Below are positions 27,087-38,500 of a stretch of DNA of 42,952 bases, piece after piece; within the stretch, counting starts at the first letter, position 1, and the number at the start of each line of letters is the position of its first letter. A program made the translations under genes and the position numbers. Origin of the DNA: Candidatus Woesearchaeota archaeon (GTDB taxonomy: Archaea; Nanobdellota; Nanobdellia; SCGC-AAA011-G17; PNOQ01); NCBI GenBank assembly GCA_043812195.1, contig JBDRML010000004.1:1-42952 (forward strand). The letters are read 5' to 3'. Under the pieces are notes generated by a model. That model had not been told where the DNA came from. It saw only the letters and a list, made by a program, of their open reading frames with translations, and ran no database searches.

Positions 27087-28677
27087 TTTCTTCTGATTCT
27101 AATAGTGTTTTTGAATTCTTTTTTAAAATTTTATAAAGATTTTCTTCTATAATTTGTTTTTTTTCGTTTGATAAATCTCCTAATGCGTCTGCTAATTCGG
27201 GTATGTATTTTTCGAAAAGACTTATACGCTGTTTTTCTACTTTTGCTCTGATATTTTTTCTGATGTATTTTCCTAATTGTCTTCCACATTCCTGAACTGC
27301 TAATTTAATTTCTTTTACAATTTCTGGATAGTGTGCTATTGCTTCTTTTGATTCAGAAGTGAATGGCACCCAAACTGATGCTATATGAATTGCGATAGAT
27401 ACTGGTCCTGATGGAATATTATTTCCTGATTGTTGTAATCCGTACGCTCTCCAATTTGTTGATGAAATTGATTTATTTATAGCACATGCTGATTGTTGAT
27501 ACAATAAAGGAACTCTATTTGCGAATCTTATTATGTCCATAGGAGATTCTTTATCTAATGCCCCTCCATAGGCAATACTTGCTTCTATTATAAATGGATT
27601 GCCTCTATAAACTGATGCTGGTCTTGTTATTGATGCATAGAATTCTGCATCTACTTCTTTTTTAAGGCCTTTTTCTAATGCATCTGCACCAATCGGAGAT
27701 AAGCAATCTGTTGATGGCGCCATAAATTTTGTTTCTCTTATTACCTTTAGTAAATTGTCTGCTTCTTGCTTTGCAATTCTAGATGGTCTTGCATTTGTGT
27801 TTATGTTTACTTTTTCACATATTTCTTTTGCCACCTTTGAACTAATTCTTGAAAAGTCTGAACATAGAAAGCTTTGTAATGTTCTTGAGTTTGTATTTTT
27901 GAGCATTGAAATTAAAATTCCTAGTTCTATTCCATCTGGATGTGGTTTGATTTCCTTTGCTTTAATTGGTAATTTATTTATTACTCTTGGATATTCAATT
28001 CTTTGATTTTCTGGTGAAGTATAAATCAAATGTACATGTGGATTAGCTATTGCAGTTTGTTTTAGGTATTCTTCTGTGGATCTTTTTCCTTTTTGATATT
28101 TTCCTTCTAATTCTATTTCTATTTTAGTTCCTGTCCCATTTTCCCATTCTATTTCTGATTCTTTAGTTATTTCTGGTTCGTTTTTTGAAGTATCTATATG
28201 AATTTCATAATAGTTTGCTGGTTTTCTTGGAGAAACTCTTGATATTATTTTTGCTGGCTTTCCAGTTGTTAATTGGGCGTATAAAACTGATGCACTAATT
28301 CCAATTCCTTGCTGTCCTCTTGATTGAGAAAGTTTGTGGAATTTTGATCCATATAGTAACTTACCGAAAATTTTTGGTATTTGTTCTTTTACAATTCCTG
28401 GACCATTATCTTGAACTGATACTCTAAATCTACTATTTGGTAATGGTTCTATTTCAACTTTAATTTCTGGTAGAATATTTGCTTCTTCACACGCATCTAA
28501 AGCATTGTCTACTGCTTCTTTAATAGTTGTTAATAGTGATTTTACTAAATTATCAAAGCCCAATAAATGTTTATTTTTAATAAAAAATTCTGATATGGAT
28601 ATCTCTCTTTGTTTTTTAGCTAATTCTATTGCTTGTATTATCTCTATAGGTTCGTCTTGAGTTAATTTTGTTTGCAT
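27067..28677 (-). CDS. top6B: DNA topoisomerase VI subunit B
   Basis: KEAVDNALDACE, DNGPGI, SRGQQGIG, RFANRVPL, VPFTSESKE. Confidence 0.97.
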   Translation of the reverse strand: MQTKLTQDEPIEIIQAIELAKKQREISISEFFIKNKHLLGFDNLVKSLLTTIKEAVDNALDACEEANILPEIKVEIEPLPNSRFRVSVQDNGPGIVKEQIPKIFGKLLYGSKFHKLSQSRGQQGIGISASVLYAQLTTGKPAKIISRVSPRKPANYYEIHIDTSKNEPEITKESEIEWENGTGTKIEIELEGKYQKGKRSTEEYLKQTAIANPHVHLIYTSPENQRIEYPRVINKLPIKAKEIKPHPDGIELGILISMLKNTNSRTLQSFLCSDFSRISSKVAKEICEKVNINTNARPSRIAKQEADNLLKVIRETKFMAPSTDCLSPIGADALEKGLKKEVDAEFYASITRPASVYRGNPFIIEASIAYGGALDKESPMDIIRFANRVPLLYQQSACAINKSISSTNWRAYGLQQSGNNIPSGPVSIAIHIASVWVPFTSESKEAIAHYPEIVKEIKLAVQECGRQLGKYIRKNIRAKVEKQRISLFEKYIPELADALGDLSNEKKQIIEENLYKILKKNSKTLLESEENVKEER

Positions 28678-28910
28678 GCATTAAGCAGGAATTAGATTAA
28701 TTTATAAAGTTTGCTGTGGTAAAAGGAGAATTAAAAGAAAAAATAATCTATTTATATTAATTTTTTATTTGAGAATAGAAGCCGGAATTCTTATCGTATA
28801 TTTCATGGTATATTTTTTGGGTTATTATAATATTATTAATATCAGTAGTAATCTGTTCTAGACAACTTAAACCGGGCTCCTTCATTGATTTATTAGTTTC
28901 TATTTTGTTA

Positions 28911-29441
28911 CTACTGCTTAAGGTTATCTTTTTCTAATTCTTTTTGAAGTTCAATCCATTTGTATAAATTACCATGAGGAGTTCCTTGTAATAGCTTTTC
29001 AACTGCTCTTTTGGCTAAGAATACATTTTCTGTTGGACCTATTATTGAAACTGTTTTCCCATAAATACTGATATTTGTGTTTGTCATGTTTTCTAAAGTA
29101 GTTCTTGCTTTTCCTCTTTTTCCTATTATTCTAGATTTTACTCTTTCTTGGTCATTTCTTGTTGTTCTGCAGTAATCTTTTATGTTTATAATTTCCATTT
29201 GATAGTTTTCTTTTAATAGAATTAAAGCTATATCTGGATTAAATCCCCTTCCTACTGCTTTTACAACTTGAACTGTTAAAAATACGTTAAGAGAGTCTTC
29301 TCCTTCTACTTTTACATCACCTTCTTGGGAATTGATTTCTAATTTTGTCTTTGTTTTTCTTTGGATATCTCTCTTTGTAGACCCTTTTTCTCCTATTAAA
29401 ACTGCTACCCTGTCCTTAGGGATTTTTATTGTTTCTTCCAT
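28911..29441 (-). CDS. KH-domain pre-rRNA processing protein (Dim2/Pno1-like)
   Basis: IP.DRVAVLIG.KG, AVGRGF, RIIGKRGK, IYGKTVSIIG. Confidence 0.92.
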   Translation of the reverse strand: MEETIKIPKDRVAVLIGEKGSTKRDIQRKTKTKLEINSQEGDVKVEGEDSLNVFLTVQVVKAVGRGFNPDIALILLKENYQMEIINIKDYCRTTRNDQERVKSRIIGKRGKARTTLENMTNTNISIYGKTVSIIGPTENVFLAKRAVEKLLQGTPHGNLYKWIELQKELEKDNLKQ

Positions 29442-29443
29442 TT

Positions 29444-29791
29444 TTAGAATTCTTCAAACTCTGTTAGATTTTTAAAGAAACCTTTATTTTTTAGTGCCAT
29501 TACTTGGGTTTTTGTATATTTCCAGACTATGTCTCCTTTTTCACTGCTTAATTCCCATGGTTCAGCTAAAACTACATCTCCTTCTCTAAGCCATAATGAT
29601 TTTTTTAATCTTCCTGGAATTCTACATATTCTTATTTTACCATCCATGCAAGCTACATTCATTCTTGATCCGCCAAGTCTTTGAGTTACTGTTCCAATTA
29701 CTTCTCTTCCTTTTGGAGTTCTGATCCTTACTTCTTGAGGTTCTTGTTCCTGATTCTTATTTTTTTTCTTGAATTTCGGTGCAGGTTTCAT
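29444..29791 (-). CDS. eif1a: Translation initiation factor aIF-1A
   Basis: RLGGSRM.V.C.DGK.RICRIPG, WLREGDVV, KGDIVWKY. Confidence 0.95.
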   Translation of the reverse strand: MKPAPKFKKKNKNQEQEPQEVRIRTPKGREVIGTVTQRLGGSRMNVACMDGKIRICRIPGRLKKSLWLREGDVVLAEPWELSSEKGDIVWKYTKTQVMALKNKGFFKNLTEFEEF

Positions 29792-29826
29792 AAATAGGAA
29801 AGAATTAGGTTGTTTTATAAAGGTTT

Positions 29827-30123
29827 TTATTCGTCTGGTTCTTCTTTGGGCATTCTTAATAAAACTGTTAATCTATTTATTTGTTTACCTGCTTGTTTAT
29901 TTAATCCATATAGAGATTTTGTTATTCTTGTTTCGCCTTTGAATTTATGTTTGAATTTTTTTGCTAGTGAAAACGCAAATTTATTAGAATCAATATAAAG
30001 GTCTATTCCTTCTTTTAATTTGGATTCTTTGATTATTTTAATATCATTATCTTTAATTTGAGTTATTACATAAGAATATAATTTTTGGTCTTTGGGTCTT
30101 AATTGGAGTTTTGCTTGATACAT
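29827..30123 (-). CDS. Short NMD3-like protein (C-terminal domain only)
   Basis: YQAKLQLR, GIDLYI.S, SLYG......RLTVLLR; located between DUF424 and aIF-1A. Confidence 0.7.
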   Translation of the reverse strand: MYQAKLQLRPKDQKLYSYVITQIKDNDIKIIKESKLKEGIDLYIDSNKFAFSLAKKFKHKFKGETRITKSLYGLNKQAGKQINRLTVLLRMPKEEPDE

Positions 30124-30124
30124 T

Positions 30125-30421
30125 TTATATTGCGTACACTTGTGCGTGTGGTACTCCTTTAATTTTTATTAAGAACTCCTTTGATACAAATTTTTGTTTG
30201 ATTGCTAATGCTATTGTTTTTTTTCCTACTAAATTTAGATTGTCTGCATTTTCTAATACTTTTTTAACTTCTTCTTCTGATTTTTTTTCTCCTTTGTAGA
30301 ATCTTTCTGTTACTTTTAAATTTGCATTACCTTCTGAGAATTCTTTTCCTATTAAGTCTTCATCGCAAATTGCTACTACTACTCTTTTAGTTCTTTTGTC
30401 TTCATGAATTTTTACATACAT
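30125..30421 (-). CDS. DUF424 family protein
   Basis: VVAICDEDLIGK, FY.GE, NLVG, I.GVPHAQ. Confidence 0.9.
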   Translation of the reverse strand: MYVKIHEDKRTKRVVVAICDEDLIGKEFSEGNANLKVTERFYKGEKKSEEEVKKVLENADNLNLVGKKTIALAIKQKFVSKEFLIKIKGVPHAQVYAI

Positions 30422-30422
30422 T

Positions 30423-30833
30423 TTATATTTTGGATTTTATTGTGTTTTTTGCACCACATGCTGTGCACTTTAATATAAATACTCTGCCTTCTTTTATAAT
30501 TTTTGTATCTGGTCTTTTACATGCTTTACAAATAACAAATTCTTCTGCATATTTTTTAACCTTTTCATTTATTAGACTTGAATTAATTTTTCTGCCTAAA
30601 ACTAATCTTTGTTTGTCTATACTTCCAGGAGCTGCTAATTCTCTTTGTAAGTATTTTAAAAGATGTGTTGGATCTCTGTGAAATGCTGATGCTATTTGAC
30701 TAAAATTTGTTACTACAGTTTTACTTCCTTCTATTCTTCCTTCTACTAGTGGAATTTCGAATCTTTCTTTTTTGATTATATCTTTTGGCAGATTCTTCTG
30801 TGCTCTTTCCAATAATTTTTCGTATGTGTTCAT
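30423..30833 (-). CDS. eif2b: Translation initiation factor aIF-2 beta
   Basis: ERFEIP, G.KTV..NF, C..C..PDT, C.ACGA. Confidence 0.95.
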   Translation of the reverse strand: MNTYEKLLERAQKNLPKDIIKKERFEIPLVEGRIEGSKTVVTNFSQIASAFHRDPTHLLKYLQRELAAPGSIDKQRLVLGRKINSSLINEKVKKYAEEFVICKACKRPDTKIIKEGRVFILKCTACGAKNTIKSKI

Positions 30834-31534
30834 TCTATGATTTTGATCTTTCCTGGACTAATTTCAAATATTTCCCCTTCTTTTAAAAGTTCCTGTATTA
30901 TGGATCTTACTCTTGATTCTTCTACATCTGTGTTGGATATCACTTTTTCAGTTTCTACTCCATCTTCTCCATGTAATTTTTCTATATCATTAAGTATTTT
31001 TTGTCTGTCTGATTCTGTAGTTATGTCTTCTACTATTTCTTCTTCAGTTGCTACTAAGATTTCTTTTGGGCCTTCTACTTGGCGAATTGGTTGCTCTGTT
31101 TTGACTTCTTCGAATTTTGTTGCAGTTCCATATTCTTTTAGTAATTCTTTTTTTCTAAGTTCTACCCATTCTAGTTTATCTAATGGTTTTACAATTTCTG
31201 GGCTTAAGTATATTTTTTCATTATATTCTCTTACCCTGCCTATTAATAATATTGCTGTTCCAATTTCTACATTTTCTATTAATTTTATATCTTCTTTCCA
31301 TGCTTTAACTGAAACATTCTCTGAACCGTCATCAATTATCAAAGATGCATATGAACCATCATCTGCTTTTGATTTTTCTATTACTGTTGCTATAATATTT
31401 ACTCTTGAAATTTTTTTATTTCCTATTTGAACATAATTTGGATCCCATTCTCCAGATTGTCTTATGAAATCATGATTAATTAAATCAGAAATCCATACTT
31501 TATATGCTACTTGTCTTTTTTGTGGTTCTTCCAT
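30830..31534 (-). CDS. RPA32-like OB-fold ssDNA-binding protein with C-terminal winged helix
   Basis: RQVAYKV, SRVNIIATV, IDDGS, L.KEGEIFE..PG. Confidence 0.82.
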   Translation of the reverse strand: MEEPQKRQVAYKVWISDLINHDFIRQSGEWDPNYVQIGNKKISRVNIIATVIEKSKADDGSYASLIIDDGSENVSVKAWKEDIKLIENVEIGTAILLIGRVREYNEKIYLSPEIVKPLDKLEWVELRKKELLKEYGTATKFEEVKTEQPIRQVEGPKEILVATEEEIVEDITTESDRQKILNDIEKLHGEDGVETEKVISNTDVEESRVRSIIQELLKEGEIFEISPGKIKIIE

Positions 31535-31536
31535 TA

Positions 31537-34500
31537 TTAAATTTTTTGTATAAACCCTATTTTGGGAGAGAAAATATCTCCTGAGCGTTTTAATTTTTCT
31601 ATTGCTTCTTCTACTTTTTCTTCTGGAATTCCTTTTTCCAATGCTTCTATTAATATATCTTCAATTGGGATGTTTTTTGAGCCTTTTTTTGCTTCCAACA
31701 TAGTTATTATCTCTCTTATTGCTATTACTCTTCCCCTTTCTGATGCTGGGATTCCTGTTGTTAATCTATCTATGTCAAATTGTCCTGTTTCTTGATCGAA
31801 TCCAACTTTTGATAAGTAATACTTTATTAAACTTATGCCTAGTTTAGCATCTTGAATTGTTACTGTTTTTGATAACCTTAGTTTTGCTGTAGCTTCTGCT
31901 AACCTTACCATTGCTTCTAATTGCCTTGCTGAAATAGGAATTGGTCTAATATCTTCTTCTGACATTTGTGTTGAATTTCTTAAAGTTACATAAAAATTCT
32001 TTATTTCGTCTATTGCACCCTTTGATAAATTTGGTTTTATATTTTGCCTTGAATATGCAATATATTTTCTAAATAATTCTACTGGGATATCTGTCTTTAG
32101 ACTATCTGGTTTTTGGATTATAGATAAAACATGGCTTGCTATTTTTTCATCTAATTCTCTATTTGGTAAATCTCTAACTGGAAAAATTAAATCGAACCTA
32201 TTTATTAATGTTGGAGGCAAATCTATTTGCGCAGGTATTGGGGTAAAAGGATCAAATCTTCCTAGTTTTGGATTTGCTGCTGCTAACACTGTAGTTTCTG
32301 CTCTTAGAGTTGCTTGGATATTTGCTTTTGAAATAGTAATAGTATTATGCAAAATCATTCCATTAGAAATAAAAGTGTGGTGTGGTTCTATAGTTACATC
32401 ATAAACCCATTTAACATCTTTGTTCTTTATTTTTGATACTTTTTTTATTCTCATCCATCTTGCGTAGCCAAAAGCTAATTTTTTAACTTCTTCTAATTCC
32501 TCCTTGATTATCTTATTTTCTTTTATTTTTAAATCCTTATCAAGAAGCCCTTTTTCAGCAACTAAAACTAATTTTTGCAAAAATAATCTGTGTTTTTGTA
32601 CACCTTTATCAATTTGATGGCCCAACTCTTTTTTTGCCGATATTTTAAGTTTTTTGAAGATGGATTGTATTTTTTCAGTACATTCTGGGATTACATCTTT
32701 AATTGTCCTGTAAGTTTTAGTTTTTCCGCAATATTCCTTTAATCTTTGTTTCTTTTTCTGTGATAAAAAGCTTATATTGATCAAAAATTTCGAAAGATTT
32801 TCTTGACCAGTTATATCCAACAACCATACATTTCCTTTTTTATCTCTAAAAATTGATGATTGAATACCAAATCTTAATAGCAAATCAGAAACCTGCCCCA
32901 TTAACTCTCTATTTTGATTAGAAAGCGATACCCTACAACCATTTCTACTCTGAAATACAACAGTTCCATCTCCATCGAATAAAGATCTTAGCAAATATTT
33001 TATGTTTTCATTAGGTAACTGCATTATTTTTGGGGGGATTTTCTTCAAATCTCCCTTTTCAAGCAAGTTCCCTCCTAATCTAGTAAATTCTTCTACAACC
33101 TTTTTTGATATTACTCTCACTGCAAATTGATGTTTTCTCTTTGTTATCCCTGGATCCTTTCCAAAATATTTTTTAATCGAATTTTTATAATCATTTATTA
33201 ACAATTCATCATTATTCCAAAATTGAATTCCATTTTTCTTTCCCCTATTTAATTCATAACAACCATCACTTAGATGGTAACCTAAAATTTTGCATAGGTA
33301 ATCATTTTTTTGGTTATAATCTGTTGGATTAATATTAATCTTAGAAGGTATTGGAAAATACATTTCATCGTTCAATTTTTCTGCAGGAATTGTAGTAATT
33401 TTTCCATCTTTAACTATCCAGCATGGGTGCTCAGGAGTTACAGTTATTTCTTTTCCATTTGTCAGCTCTATTTTTGTGAAATATTCGGGAGCTAAATGCC
33501 TACTCACTCTTGATGCTTTTAGAGGGAAGTGGGAATTAAAATCAGTAGAGATAAGTTCTACATCATTTATAAATAGTATCTCACAATCTTTTCCCTTTAC
33601 TACTTTTTTCTTATTATTGTGGATTAAATTATCTACAAATTCACCAATTTTAACATATTTTCCATCAGAAAGCATTAATTTAAAATCTGGTAACATGCAT
33701 TGTTGCTCTAATGCTTCATGTAATGCTGATCTATCTTCTGATTCCATTTTATCTAACTCATCTATTACACAGATCCCATTATTTGCTAGAACCATTGCTC
33801 CTGCTTCTAGTGACCAGCCTTTTAGAAATTCGTCTCTTACAACAGATGCTGTAATTCCTGCTCCGCTTGCACCTTTTCCTGAAACAAATCTTCCTTTTGG
33901 CGCTACTTTAGAAATGAATTGAAGGAGAGCTGATTTTCCAGCCCCTGGATCTCCAACTAGAAGGATATGAATGTCTCCTCTTCTTCTTATTTTATCAGAC
34001 ATAATTTTTCTTGTTCCGCCAAATAATTGTAAAAGCAATGCCATTTTAATTTCTGGATAACCATAAATAGATGGCGCAATAGAATTAATCATAATTTTGA
34101 ATAAATTTGGGTCTTTTGCTAACTTTTGAATTTCTTCAACATCTTCTTCGCTAATATCTATATCTTCAAAAGTTTCTTGGATTGGTTCTATGTAATTAGC
34201 TTCTACTATAATATCAAATCTTGTTGAGGGTGCTCCTGTTCTTAATAGAATTGGAATTTCTTTTATCACACCAATTATTTTTACTTTACTTCCAGGTGTT
34301 GTCTTTTTCTCCATTTTTGGTTCTACTAAATCATCTTTTAGAAATATCGAAAGCCTTTTTGGTTGTTCACCACCTTCTAATGCTTCTGGTGCTTCTTCAA
34401 TTACTATTCTTTGTGCATCTACTAATTCTTTTTGTTTTAATCTAAACCTTCCTTTTCTTCCACAACTACATCTTGATGGCTCTTTAAATTGTTGTTCTAT

Positions 34501-34920
34501 TTGTAAGATTGATATTATATTCCCACAAGAAGGGCATTCAAATTTAGCTGAAACTACTTGAGGTCTAACATCTGATGATTGCCTTACAATCCCTTCTATA
34601 ACCATTAAACTGTCTAATTGAATACTTCTTATGTTTCTTATTGATATTTTTTGAGACTCTGGTAAATTGTTGAATCTAACTTTAATTGGATATTCGGTAG
34701 AAAGATCCATTTGCATTATTGCTATTTCTGCATTTTGAATTACTTCTATTGGTTCGTTTAATAATTGTTCTGATAGTTCTACATCAAATTTAGATAAATC
34801 TGAAAAATCTAAAACTATAGATCTCTTTCCTGTTTTTACTGCTTCATTAAGCTCTTTCTTATAAATAGTTTCTACAAAATCTTTAAATTTCTCTCTTTGA
34901 ATTATTGGATCGTCTGGCAT
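31537..34920 (-). CDS. mcm: Replicative helicase MCM, intein-containing
   Basis: SIAPSIYG, GDPGAGKS, IDELDKM, AAANP..GRFD, RFD, ARQLE. Confidence 0.97.
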   Translation of the reverse strand: MPDDPIIQREKFKDFVETIYKKELNEAVKTGKRSIVLDFSDLSKFDVELSEQLLNEPIEVIQNAEIAIMQMDLSTEYPIKVRFNNLPESQKISIRNIRSIQLDSLMVIEGIVRQSSDVRPQVVSAKFECPSCGNIISILQIEQQFKEPSRCSCGRKGRFRLKQKELVDAQRIVIEEAPEALEGGEQPKRLSIFLKDDLVEPKMEKKTTPGSKVKIIGVIKEIPILLRTGAPSTRFDIIVEANYIEPIQETFEDIDISEEDVEEIQKLAKDPNLFKIMINSIAPSIYGYPEIKMALLLQLFGGTRKIMSDKIRRRGDIHILLVGDPGAGKSALLQFISKVAPKGRFVSGKGASGAGITASVVRDEFLKGWSLEAGAMVLANNGICVIDELDKMESEDRSALHEALEQQCMLPDFKLMLSDGKYVKIGEFVDNLIHNNKKKVVKGKDCEILFINDVELISTDFNSHFPLKASRVSRHLAPEYFTKIELTNGKEITVTPEHPCWIVKDGKITTIPAEKLNDEMYFPIPSKININPTDYNQKNDYLCKILGYHLSDGCYELNRGKKNGIQFWNNDELLINDYKNSIKKYFGKDPGITKRKHQFAVRVISKKVVEEFTRLGGNLLEKGDLKKIPPKIMQLPNENIKYLLRSLFDGDGTVVFQSRNGCRVSLSNQNRELMGQVSDLLLRFGIQSSIFRDKKGNVWLLDITGQENLSKFLINISFLSQKKKQRLKEYCGKTKTYRTIKDVIPECTEKIQSIFKKLKISAKKELGHQIDKGVQKHRLFLQKLVLVAEKGLLDKDLKIKENKIIKEELEEVKKLAFGYARWMRIKKVSKIKNKDVKWVYDVTIEPHHTFISNGMILHNTITISKANIQATLRAETTVLAAANPKLGRFDPFTPIPAQIDLPPTLINRFDLIFPVRDLPNRELDEKIASHVLSIIQKPDSLKTDIPVELFRKYIAYSRQNIKPNLSKGAIDEIKNFYVTLRNSTQMSEEDIRPIPISARQLEAMVRLAEATAKLRLSKTVTIQDAKLGISLIKYYLSKVGFDQETGQFDIDRLTTGIPASERGRVIAIREIITMLEAKKGSKNIPIEDILIEALEKGIPEEKVEEAIEKLKRSGDIFSPKIGFIQKI
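32344..33699 (-). mobile_element. 452-aa intein with LAGLIDADG homing endonuclease
   Basis: EQQ/CMLPD ... TPEH ... LGYHLSDG ... LRSLFDGDG ... YDVTI...HN/T. Confidence 0.95.
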
Positions 34921-34948
34921 TTTTTATAAAAAAAGGAAAAGAGTTTGG

Positions 34949-35485
34949 TTATTTTAACTTTTTGAGGTTTGAAACTAGCTTTTGGATTGCTTCTTTTAGC
35001 TTAGTTTCTGATTTTGTCCCTGTACAAACTATCTTTCCGTTACTAAATAACAAGAATGTCGCTTTTGTTTCTGGAAGTTTGTAAACTAACCCTGGAAATT
35101 GCTCTGGCTCATATTCTGAGTTTTCTAATTTCAAAGCTAATTCATTTAAGTTCAAATCCATTCCAATATCGCCTGATGCCACCATATTTTGAACTGTGAT
35201 TTTTGGTACTATGGTGATTTTTACTCCGATTTTGGCTACGTTTTTGATTATTTGTTGTATGGATTCTTTAACCTTAGCCATGGATCTAGCTCCAGTACAT
35301 ACTACTTTTCCAGAACTGAATATTAATGCTGATGTCTTTGGTTCTCTTATTCTCATCACTAATCCTGGGAATTGTTCAGGATTGTATTCTGTATTTGGCA
35401 ATGTCTCTGCTAATTTTATCAAGTGTATATCGTGTTCTAAAGATGTTGAACAAACAATATTAACAATTCTAACTTTTCTTTGCAT
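34949..35485 (-). CDS. tbp: TATA-box binding protein
   Basis: Two repeats Y.PEQFPGLV...LIFSSGK.VCTG. Confidence 0.98.
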   Translation of the reverse strand: MQRKVRIVNIVCSTSLEHDIHLIKLAETLPNTEYNPEQFPGLVMRIREPKTSALIFSSGKVVCTGARSMAKVKESIQQIIKNVAKIGVKITIVPKITVQNMVASGDIGMDLNLNELALKLENSEYEPEQFPGLVYKLPETKATFLLFSNGKIVCTGTKSETKLKEAIQKLVSNLKKLK

Positions 35486-35586
35486 TATGAGGTTTCCTCC
35501 CTAAAGTTATTTATAAACTATATAAACTAAAGTTAGAGAAAAGTATTTAAATAGATAGGTTGGTGTTTGTATTTCCTGATTAGGAA

Positions 35587-38500
35587 TTAAAATTCTATAT
35601 AAATCTCAAATTTTTGGTCTTTTATATTCGCTGTTTCAGAATGTGAATATTTTTTATCTTTTAAATCCAGTGTTTCTGCACCTGTTTTTTCTTGGAGATA
35701 ATCTTTCCATTTTGATATATCATAAAAAGAGTGTATTGCTAATTTGATTTTATCTTGTTTTTTGAGTTTGAATTTTTTTCTTAGATCTTGAATTCTTCTT
35801 GCTAATTCTCTTGCGTAACCTTCTGCTTCTAATTCTTTATCTGTTTCTGTTACTAAGATAACTTGGCCTAAATCAAATCTTTCCATTGTTAGATTTTCAG
35901 GAAGAATTTCTTTGACAGTAATATGGTCTGTTGTTAATTCAAATTTATCTACAAAAGTTCTGTTATTTTTTCTTATTTCTTGAATAACACTATCGGTTAT
36001 TTTTTCTATGATTTTTTTTGCATCCTGCTTAAAATCTTTTCCTATTTTTCCTTTGTTCGGAACTATTTCAACTTTTTCGTATTTGTATTCTTTTAATAAT
36101 TCTATACCTTTTATGTTTAATTTTAATTTTATTAAATCTCCTAAAGATTTTATAGTTCTTTCAACTTCTGGGTTTTTTGAAATTACTTTTATTTGTCTTA
36201 ATGGCCATCTTACACCTTTCTTAGCTTTTTCTCTTGTTGATAATCCAGCTTGTATAATTTTTTGTGCTATTTCCATTTGTTCTTCTAATTTTTCATTTAT
36301 CAATTCTTTATTTTCTTTTGGCCAAGAGTATTGACTTATTGTTTCATTTTCTAATTTGAACTCTTTTTTGAAATTTTGATATATCTTTTCTGAAATGAAT
36401 GGTGTTACTGGTGCTAACATTTTGATAGTCTCTAACATAACTTTGTAAATTGTGCTTAAAACTAATTCTGGTTTTTCTGTTACTTTTTCTCTTGTTGATT
36501 GAATATATTCTCTACTTAATTCTAAGAATAATTTTTCAATTTCTGAAGGAATTTCATCTAAGTGATAAAACTCAAATAATTCTGTGACTTTCTTTATTGT
36601 TCTATTTAATTTTGATAAGATGTATTTTTCTTCTAATTCTGGTACTTGTTCCTTAGTTGGATTTACTTTGAAAGTTTTACAATAATCTATTAAGTATTGA
36701 TGAACATTCCATAAAATCATTAAAGATTTGTATTTCTGTTTAACTTCGTCCCAACTGAAATTTATATCTTCCCCTGCATTTGTTGAACACATGTAAAATC
36801 TTAATGTGTCTGCACCATATTTGTCTGTTACTTCATATGGAGAAATAACATTTCCTAAAGATTTAGACATTTTAACTCCTTCTACATCTGTAATCATCCC
36901 ATGATTATAAACTGATTTAAATGGAGATTTATTTAATGCTAATGTTGAACATATCATTAACATACTGTACCATAATCTTGCTTGTTCTCTTGCTTCTAAT
37001 ATGAAATCTGCTGGGAATAATTTTTCAAAATTATCTTTTTGTTTTGGGTAATAAAGACATGCCCAAGAAGCTACGCCAGAATCTATCCATACATCCATCA
37101 CATCTGGTATTCTTTCTTGTTTTTCTCCACATTTACAATCTATTGTTATTTCATCTATCCAAGGTTTATGTAAATTTTCTGGGGTTTTTCCAGCTTTTCT
37201 GCTTAATTCGTCTTTAGATTCTATAACTGTGTATTCTCCGCATTTTTTACATTTCCAAATTGGTAATGGTGTTCCCCAAAATCTTTGTTTGGTAATTGAA
37301 TTATCTCTAAGATTTCCTAACCATAAATTAAATGCATTATTTGTGCTATCAGGAACCCAAGATATTGATTTATTTAATTCTAACATTCTTTCTTTTAAAT
37401 CTTCTATTTTGAAGAACCATTGCTTTGTTGCTCTGTAAATTACTGGAGTGTGACATCTTTCACAATGCGCATAATCGTGTTCTACTGTTTGTGTTCCAAT
37501 TATCATTCCCTCTTCTGTCATTTTTTGAATAAATTTAGAATCATCTACTTTTGCTACCCATTTTGACATAGATCCAAAATTATCTGGGAAAATTCCTCTT
37601 TCATCTAATGGATTGTATGGTGGAATATTATTTTTGTAACCTATTTCATAATCTTCTGGTCCGCATCCTGGAGCTGTATGAACTAAACCTGTTCCTGCTT
37701 CTAAAGTTACGTGTTCATTAGATAAAACTACTGTATGAACTTTTGGATGTTTTGCTTTTAGTTTTTTGTAATCTTTTATTTCTTTTCCTAAGGGGTGCTC
37801 ATATTCTATTCCTTCTAGTTCTTCTCCTTTTATTTCTTTTAATATTTTATAATCTTTTTTTAGAATATTTTTTATTACTGGGTCTGCTAATTCTTTTGCT
37901 ATTATGTAAACTTCATCTTCTACCTTTGCTTTAACATATGTAAATTCTGGGTTGACCATAATTGCTAAGTTGAGAGGTAATGTCCATGGGGTTGTGGACC
38001 AGATTAGTAGATATTCGTTTTTTGTTCCTTTAACTTTGAATTTAACGAAAATTGATTTATCTGATATTACTTTATATTCACATTCGTGTTTTGCTAATGC
38101 TGTTTCACAATGCGCGCACCATGTGATTGTTTTATCTCCTTCATAAAGTCTTTTTTTATCATGTGCTTGTTTAACTAACCACCAGACAGATTCCATCCAA
38201 TAATCATCTATTGGCATGTATGCATTTTCATAATCCATCCAAATACCTAATCTAAATAAATCATCATTCATTAAATGTGCATGTTCAACTGAAAAATTTA
38301 TACACTCTTTGATGAATTTTTCTATTCCATATTTTACAATTTCATCTTTGAATTTGAAACCTAATTTTTTCATTACTTTTGATTCTGTTGGTAGTCCATG
38401 CATGTCGTAACCTGCTCTATCCCAAACGTCATAACCTTTCATTCTTTTGTATCTTAGAACAAAATCTTTAAGAGAATTATTCCATGCTTGACCAATATGT

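Noticed and set aside
28757-28885. 42-aa minus-strand ORF MKEPGLSCLEQ...
   Set aside because: No motif, and short ORFs arise easily; cannot support it as a gene
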